A DNA stretch of 64,000 nt from Nitrosopumilus sp. (GTDB lineage Archaea; Thermoproteota; Nitrososphaeria; Nitrososphaerales; Nitrosopumilaceae). Location of the stretch: positions 1,696,001 to 1,760,000 of the forward strand of contig OZ244651.1 in assembly GCA_965218695.1 (NCBI GenBank), read 5' to 3'. A program made the position numbers and the translations under genes. Positions within the stretch are counted from its first letter, which is position 1; each line of letters begins with the position of its first letter. The notes beneath the pieces are model-generated. The model ran no database searches and was not told the DNA's origin. It saw only the letters and a program-made list of their open reading frames with translations. Shown here in pieces: positions 57,854-64,000 of this stretch.

Positions 57854-60009
57854 TACGCAGAACACCTGTAGATTACCGAGGTGAGCAGCGAGGCCCTCTC
57901 GACGATGCTGTCATGGACTATGTATTCCTGGGGGGTGCGGTACATGTGGCCTATCGGGCCAAAGCCGTCAAGGGACGGAAGCTCGGTGGGAACGTTGCAG
58001 ATGTCCGATGACATTATCTGCTCGTGCCGCTTGATCTTGATCTCGTGCTTGCGGGCAAGGTCCTCGACCATCCCATAGAATGCCGTATCCGATTCCACCT
58101 CGATTACCGGCGGCCTGCTCTGGATCTTCTGGATGGTAACGTCGAGTTTTTGTGCGCCGGCCTCGTGCTTCTTCATGATGTCCCGTATCCTGGCATCAAG
58201 GAGCGTTCCCAGCTGGGACGTCTTGTAGCTGCATATGAGTGAGAGGGTGGCATAGTTTGGGGTGTGGCCGTGCGTTCCCTTGGCCACAACAGAGGTGGTC
58301 TTTACCCTGTAGTCCCTTTCGTCCCTTGATATCTTTTCTATTGCAGATATCTTCTTTGCCAGTGAAGGAATTATTCCATGTATGTCCGATGAGGTGTTGG
58401 GTGCCGTGAAACGGATCTGGTAGTCGTCCCTCCCGTAGCATGTTGTGATTATTCCCCCGTCCTTGCTGGCAGACTTGAGGCCTACGATATACTTTGATGT
58501 CTTGGAGTAGTGTTTTACCAGGTTCTTGCTGAACTTTCCTCCCAGGCTGTCGTCGGTGGTGAGAAGTATGGCGCACCTTACCTTGCGCAGTCTTTTTGCA
58601 AAGCGGAGCGCATGCAGGGCGCTCAGCATCACTGCCAGCCCGCCCTTGCTCTCGGCTATTCCGGAGCCAAACACCTTGTAGTCGTCCTCGTGGTAGTTTA
58701 CCAGCTCGCTTGGACCGTAGTGGGTGTCGGTATGGGAGACTATCAGGATGTCGTTTTTGAGTTCGTTGTGGTTTTTGAAATAGCGAAAGTCCCCCACGTC
58801 AAACTGCCTGTGGACGTACTCCCTGAATCCCAGGTGCCTTAGCCTGCGGGACATGATCTCCCCGAGCTTGTTTACGTTGTCTATGTTGTATACGTGGGTG
58901 TTGAGGTTTACAAGATCCTTCAGCGTCTCCTTTATGCTGTGCAGGTGCCCCCTCAGGTACGTCCTTGCAACCACGCGCAGGGGCTGGGTCATGTCCGGCT
59001 CGTCTTCCAGGTGGTGGGAGGCACCAAAGTAGCGCATCACGGCAACGTCAAGAATCTTGTTGATTAGCGAATCATACGTGTATCCGGTTGTCTTTGCAGC
59101 ATGGTACAGCGAGCCACCCATCCCCAGGCTGGCCATCGAGTTTAGCTCAAGGATGTAGAGGTTCTCGTCCGGGTCCATCCGAAGATCCACCCTGCTGTAG
59201 TCGTTGAGCCCCAGGCACCGAAATGCCTGCATGCACAGCCGCTTCATCTCCCAGGTCTTCTCGTCTGAGAGTTGCGCCGGACACGTCTTGTCTGTCCCGC
59301 CCTTCTTCATCTTGTCAGATATTGTCTGTATCTGGTTTGGATTATCCAGGTTTATCTCTACTATCGGAAGGACGTCTATGTTGGGATTGTTCCCTATCAC
59401 CCCCACTGCAAACTCCCGGCCCGGGATGAACTGCTCCACCAGGATCTCCTGCTGGAACTTTTCAATCTGTTTCTGCACCGCCCTTCTGAGGGAGTCCCAG
59501 TCGTCCACCACCTCCATCCCCATGGAGGTGGATTCCAGCTTTGGCTTTACAATTACGGGAAATGCCAGATCATCAAAGTCATCCTCAGGGGTCTTGAATT
59601 CCCAGAATCCCGGAGTGGGGATGTCATTCCTTTGCAGGATTATCTTGGTCATGACCTTGTCCTGTACGATTGCATGCCCCGCAGGCCCCGAGCCTATGTA
59701 TGGAATGCCAAGCATCTCCATCATTGCCGGGACGTGGGTGTACCTGTTCTGTCCCTGAATTCCATATGCCATGTTAAAGACCATCCCCGGGGAGTCCCCG
59801 GCAACCACCTTTGGCATGAACTCGCGCAGCTCGTCTGCCATGTGGATGTCCCCCTCGATCACCTTGACTGTGTGTCCGCCCTTTTCCAGTGCCCGTGCGA
59901 CGCGCTCGACTGCCTTGGTGCTGTAGTGCTCCTTGGTGACTGTGCCAAAGACGTTGATTACATCATTTGGGTTTATCTCTTTTTCATTATAGATTAGCGC
60001 GACCTTCAA
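57853..60009 (-). CDS. D-Ala-D-Ala-ligase-like ATP-grasp fused to an M20-peptidase-like domain
   Basis: GIPYIGS, DKVMTK, VIVKP, VEQFIPGREF.VGV, RVDLR, ELNSMASL; C-terminal SHTDT, GSGIAESKGG, LDGFGP. Confidence 0.85.
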   Translation of the reverse strand: MKVALIYNEKEINPNDVINVFGTVTKEHYSTKAVERVARALEKGGHTVKVIEGDIHMADELREFMPKVVAGDSPGMVFNMAYGIQGQNRYTHVPAMMEMLGIPYIGSGPAGHAIVQDKVMTKIILQRNDIPTPGFWEFKTPEDDFDDLAFPVIVKPKLESTSMGMEVVDDWDSLRRAVQKQIEKFQQEILVEQFIPGREFAVGVIGNNPNIDVLPIVEINLDNPNQIQTISDKMKKGGTDKTCPAQLSDEKTWEMKRLCMQAFRCLGLNDYSRVDLRMDPDENLYILELNSMASLGMGGSLYHAAKTTGYTYDSLINKILDVAVMRYFGASHHLEDEPDMTQPLRVVARTYLRGHLHSIKETLKDLVNLNTHVYNIDNVNKLGEIMSRRLRHLGFREYVHRQFDVGDFRYFKNHNELKNDILIVSHTDTHYGPSELVNYHEDDYKVFGSGIAESKGGLAVMLSALHALRFAKRLRKVRCAILLTTDDSLGGKFSKNLVKHYSKTSKYIVGLKSASKDGGIITTCYGRDDYQIRFTAPNTSSDIHGIIPSLAKKISAIEKISRDERDYRVKTTSVVAKGTHGHTPNYATLSLICSYKTSQLGTLLDARIRDIMKKHEAGAQKLDVTIQKIQSRPPVIEVESDTAFYGMVEDLARKHEIKIKRHEQIMSSDICNVPTELPSLDGFGPIGHMYRTPQEYIVHDSIVERASLLTSVIYRCSA

Positions 60010-60407
60010 TTGAGCTCTCTTCTCAGGTATTCTTTGGATAATCTAGTTTAAAAGACATTGTTAAGGGTGGTTGGTCTTATGGCCCGCGCATCCAGACTCT
60101 CTTCATGTCGGGGGTTGACAGTCTTTTGGACCATACGGGAATTTCAACGCAAACAAGACAAGGGAGTCTCTTGCCAGGCATCACATCGCCTGAACCGCCG
60201 CCCGATCCTGTCTCGCCGTGATCACATCCGGATTATCTGTCCTCCCGGTATGAACTCACCTGTTCCTTATATCAGTCGGCCAACCTCTTCGACCACGCTC
60301 TTTCCATGAGCCCTCCACGTGAGGACGCATGTGACAAAATCTGAAAGGCACTTCATGGCCCCCCCTGCGTCTCAAAGTTTAAATGGTTTTCAACAGCGCT
60401 GGTCTCT

Positions 60408-60482
60408 GGGCTCATAGTCCAGGTCGGTTATGACGTCGCCCTTACACGGCGAAGATCCGGGGTTCAAATCCCCGTGGGCCCA
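60408..60482 (+). tRNA. tRNA-Val (TAC)
   Basis: GGGCTCA/TGGGCCC acceptor stem, TCGCC-CT TAC AC-GGCGA anticodon arm; TTTAAA box at ~60378. Confidence 0.96.
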
Positions 60483-60539
60483 CATATACCTTCATTGAGT
60501 CCGAACACGCAAGAGAATCTACAAATTTGATGACATCCC

Positions 60540-61574
60540 ATGGAATTCGTGAGAGCCACCATCGACTTTTTTTCAAGCCCCATCGGACTGGGCCACATAA
60601 CTAGGGATATTGCAATTGCGGCAAACCTCGGGGACGTCTCTACAAACTTTGTCTCAGGGGGCGGCGCAATCAAGATCCTGGACAGCCTGGGCATCGAGTC
60701 CACAGACGCATACGTTCCACCTCCGTTCGTGGTGGAAAACGGCACCCTCAGAAACCCGGCAAGATGGCTGTGGAACTACTACAGGTACTACAAGAGATGC
60801 AAGGATATCTCACGCGGCATACTGCTAAGGGACAAACCCGACATGGTCGTCAGCGACGAGGACTTTGCCTCGCTTGCAAACGCCCAGGACATGGGTATTC
60901 GGACCATACTTGTCACAGACATCCTTGAGACCCGCTTTACAGGCGGCCTGGCCTCAATAGTAGAAAAAAGGATGAACAAGTCGATGCACAGCATCATGAA
61001 AAAAGCAGAGGCAGTCATCGTTCCCGAACACGGGGACGACAGGGACAACATCAGGATGGTCGGCCCGATCGTAAGGCGCATAGACACCCCAAGGGACAAG
61101 CTGCGGGAAAGGTTCGGGTTTGAAAGAGAGACCATACTGGTATCAATAGGCGGAACCGATGCAGGAATATTTCTGATTGAAAAGGTACTGGAGGTGATTC
61201 CAAAAATTGATCCCGAACTGGATGTCGTCCTGGTGTCCGGTCCCGCAGTAAGCAGAAGATTCAGGGGGGTCAGGGATCTTGGATGGGTGGACAACCTGCA
61301 CGAACTGATCCTTGCCTCAGACGTCCTGATATCACTTGCAGGAAGGTCCACCATGGACGAGGCCCAATCCTACGGCACTCCTGCCATATTCATTCCCATA
61401 AAGGGGCACTTTGAGCAGGAGGACAATGCAAGAAGGCATGGGTTCTCCTTTGGGGATCTCAAAAGACTGGATGTGTTGGTTGCAGAAAAGTTCCAAGAAC
61501 GCAGGAACCCGGTTCAGGCCAGCGGCGGTGCAGAGAATGCAGCCAGGATAATACTGCAGGCATTCAAAGATTAA
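60540..61574 (+). CDS. GT28/MurG-like glycosyltransferase
   Basis: GLGHITR, SIGG, LAGRSTMDEA...P.IFIP..HFEQEDNA. Confidence 0.88.
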   Translation: MEFVRATIDFFSSPIGLGHITRDIAIAANLGDVSTNFVSGGGAIKILDSLGIESTDAYVPPPFVVENGTLRNPARWLWNYYRYYKRCKDISRGILLRDKPDMVVSDEDFASLANAQDMGIRTILVTDILETRFTGGLASIVEKRMNKSMHSIMKKAEAVIVPEHGDDRDNIRMVGPIVRRIDTPRDKLRERFGFERETILVSIGGTDAGIFLIEKVLEVIPKIDPELDVVLVSGPAVSRRFRGVRDLGWVDNLHELILASDVLISLAGRSTMDEAQSYGTPAIFIPIKGHFEQEDNARRHGFSFGDLKRLDVLVAEKFQERRNPVQASGGAENAARIILQAFKD

Positions 61575-61603
61575 TAGAAGGTACCAAAAGTGCAGATATT
61601 ACC

Positions 61604-63019
61604 ATGACAAGACTGGTCGTAGCCAAGTTCGGCGGCAGTGCCATTGGCCAGGACGGCGCATCCATACCCCAGATTGTAAGGCGAATCGGTCAGATGGCAA
61701 GGGACGCCAAGGTGATTGCGGTGTTTTCAGCACCACTAACCATCCACAACGAAAAGAGACGCTCCCTTACAGACGTGGTACTGGAGCAGGGCAGAAACGC
61801 CGAGACAGGAACCGTCCCGTCCCTGAACATGGCAGAATCGGCCTACCAGAAGATCCTGGACATGGTCAGCACAACACACAGGGACGAGTGCAGGGAGATG
61901 ATCGCCTCACACCTGGCAAAGGCGCAAGAGGCGCTGGATGAGGCCTATAAGAATAAAAGGTTTGCAGACGAGACACGCGCAAGGGCGCTGGCATTCTCAG
62001 GAGAGATCCTGATGTCCCACGTAATGAGATATATCCTGAACAGTAACAACATGCAGACGGATTCGGTGGGGTTTGACGACTGGCCGATAATCACCGATGA
62101 CAACGTAGAGTCGGCCAACTTTGTGGCCTCAGAATCCAGAAAGAGGATGGGCAGGATAACAGAGATGGTAAGGGACAATGCGATAGTTGCCATCGGCGGA
62201 TTCATCGGAAAGACGGCAGGCGGAACCGTCACCACGTACGAGCGGGGGGGCACCGACAGGACGGCAGTGGACCTTGGAATACTCTTCCACTGCATGTATG
62301 ATACCAGCGTGGACTTTGAAAAGGACAGCGCCGTGGTATCGGCTGATCCGAAGGTGGTACGGGAACATCTAAGGGACGTCCCACACATGTCATACAATGA
62401 GGCGCGGCTTGCAGGAATGTTTGGAATGAAGATTCTGGACCCAATCGCGATAAAGGAGATTGTGGAGAACGGCGTGGACATGCCAATGACCATAACGGAC
62501 ATGAACCGTCCTGAGAGGATCACCACCATCCAGAGGATGCCTGACGTGCAGGGGACGGATCCCATCAAGATAGTGGCCGGAAAGGGAAACTGTGCAATAT
62601 TTAGGATCGAGGCCCGCCTCGTTCAAAGGCTGCTTGCATCCCTGGGAAACGACAAACGCTACAGCGAGTTTGTGATACTCTCGCCGTTCATCAAGGACGA
62701 CATAGAGTTCTCCAGGATACTGTTCCTTGACGGGGACTATGTCAGGAGGAATGAAAAGTATCTGCTCAGCTTTGATCCGCTTGCGACCATAAGGTATGAC
62801 AGGGGCGTGATCACCCTGATCGGCGATGACATGTGGAAGGTGCAGAAGGTTGCCTCAAGGACCAGTTCAAGGGTAGGCCAGGAGGGGCTCAACATACTGA
62901 ACATGGACGCCCAAGAGGAGACCTCCCGGATAATCATAGTGATCGAGGATGCGGGGGACAGCATCAAAAGGGCAATCATCGGGATCCACCAAGAGATTAC
63001 TGAGATTAATTCGAGTTAA
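61604..63019 (+). CDS. lysC: Aspartate kinase
   Basis: VAKFGGS, GGFIG, RGGTD, SADPKVV, C-terminal ACT domain. Confidence 0.9.
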   Translation: MTRLVVAKFGGSAIGQDGASIPQIVRRIGQMARDAKVIAVFSAPLTIHNEKRRSLTDVVLEQGRNAETGTVPSLNMAESAYQKILDMVSTTHRDECREMIASHLAKAQEALDEAYKNKRFADETRARALAFSGEILMSHVMRYILNSNNMQTDSVGFDDWPIITDDNVESANFVASESRKRMGRITEMVRDNAIVAIGGFIGKTAGGTVTTYERGGTDRTAVDLGILFHCMYDTSVDFEKDSAVVSADPKVVREHLRDVPHMSYNEARLAGMFGMKILDPIAIKEIVENGVDMPMTITDMNRPERITTIQRMPDVQGTDPIKIVAGKGNCAIFRIEARLVQRLLASLGNDKRYSEFVILSPFIKDDIEFSRILFLDGDYVRRNEKYLLSFDPLATIRYDRGVITLIGDDMWKVQKVASRTSSRVGQEGLNILNMDAQEETSRIIIVIEDAGDSIKRAIIGIHQEITEINSS

Positions 63020-63165
63020 GGATAAAGGCGGCACGGGTTTTCACCGCGTACGCCAACAAGGGTTTATTCTTGGACCAGTATCATGATTTAGTCCGGCGTT
63101 ACCCTGAACACGCGTTATCATATGTACACGGAATGAGTATTTAGAGTTGATCTATATAGAATGCG

Positions 63166-63369
63166 TCAGAGGTGCTCAGCCGTATACCACAGGACGATTC
63201 CCGTGCCTATAACCGCATACCACTTGAAGTTTCTCCGGTCTGTGAAGATGTTGGGGGAGCCCAGATCGTCTCCCGAAGACGAGATGCGTATCCTTCGCAT
63301 CTCGAATGCCTGACCTACCAGCCCCACCACGAGAAGGGCGATCGCTGCAAGCCCAAGCGTCCACTCCAT
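63166..63369 (-). CDS. Small 2-TM hypothetical protein
   Basis: Two hydrophobic segments. Confidence 0.7.
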   Translation of the reverse strand: MEWTLGLAAIALLVVGLVGQAFEMRRIRISSSGDDLGSPNIFTDRRNFKWYAVIGTGIVLWYTAEHL

Positions 63370-63496
63370 GGGGCAGCTTGCAACGCGTCTGATTTGTACC
63401 TTTCAGGGAACGATTCTGCCAGACCGCCGTCAGGCACGCACAAAATGCCAATCTGATGACAATTCTTTAAATTGATCATTAGCCATCCAGTTTTTC

Positions 63497-64000
63497 ATGG
63501 AAGAAGTTGGAACGATATGGATGAACGGCAGCATGGTGCCCTTTAGGGACGCAAAGGTCCACGTCCTGACGCACGCACTGCACTACTCCACATCGGTGTT
63601 TGAGGGAATCCGGTGCTATGACACGCCTGACGGCTCTGCCATATTCAGGCTGCCTGAACACGTTGACAGGTTCTTCAGGTCTGCCAAGATGTACTCTATG
63701 AAGATGGAGTTTTCCAAGGAGGAGATTACCGATGCCATCATCGACACTGTCAGGGCCAGCGGACTCAGGGAGGCATACATCAGGCCCCTGGCATACTACG
63801 GGTACGGGCATATGGGGCTGACCCCCACGCAGAACAAGGTGGACGTGGCAGTTGCATGCTGGGAGTGGAAGATGGGCGAGACTGATGCAGGCAAGTTCTC
63901 CGGGGCAAGATGCAAGGTCTCCAGCTGGGCAAAGATCGATTCCAGATGCCAGCCCATGCAGGCAAAGGCCGCCTCAAACTATGCAAATGCCGTACTTGCA
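63497..64000 (+). CDS. ilvE: Branched-chain amino acid aminotransferase (runs out of window)
   Basis: Manual translation MEEVGTIWMNGSMVPFRDAKVHVLTHALHYSTSVFEGIRCY...AKAASNYAN. Confidence 0.93.
   Translation, partial: MEEVGTIWMNGSMVPFRDAKVHVLTHALHYSTSVFEGIRCYDTPDGSAIFRLPEHVDRFFRSAKMYSMKMEFSKEEITDAIIDTVRASGLREAYIRPLAYYGYGHMGLTPTQNKVDVAVACWEWKMGETDAGKFSGARCKVSSWAKIDSRCQPMQAKAASNYANAVLA

Noticed and set aside
60058-60360. ORF or ncRNA upstream of the ligase operon
   Set aside because: No convincing coding signal or recognisable RNA structure by eye.

Overview
This 64-kb window comes from an ammonia-oxidising archaeon of the Nitrosopumilaceae (Thaumarchaeota). Evidence: the 4-hydroxybutyryl-CoA dehydratase plus ADP-forming CoA ligase pair of the 3HP/4HB cycle, PEFG-CTERM and CFI-box-CTERM surface proteins, and archaeal rpl7ae/rps28e/rpl24e/rpl37e, aIF5B and Lsm genes. 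The heavy IS load suggests a host-associated lineage (inference). The core backbone and three tRNAs (Leu-TAG, Ala-CGC, Val-TAC) are interrupted by ISH3, IS630, IS481, IS5 and IS110 elements and remnants, and a ~10-kb accessory region follows tRNA-Leu. The top finding is a 1455-bp transposase-free element (6012-7466) whose only gene is a TnpB with intact catalytic residues. It is bounded by perfect 23-bp terminal inverted repeats and a 7/8-bp target-site duplication, which is DDE-type (IS1595/IS1-like) architecture and not IS200/IS605 or IS607. It splits an alcohol dehydrogenase gene, and a predicted omega-RNA hairpin uses the right TIR itself. The second highlight is a tightly coupled operon of a Ddl-like ATP-grasp fused to a degenerate M20 domain, CNNM, an atypical CorA, a K+ channel, GGT, N-formylglutamate amidohydrolase and a GNAT. 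All calls were made by eye from motifs; no database searches were run.
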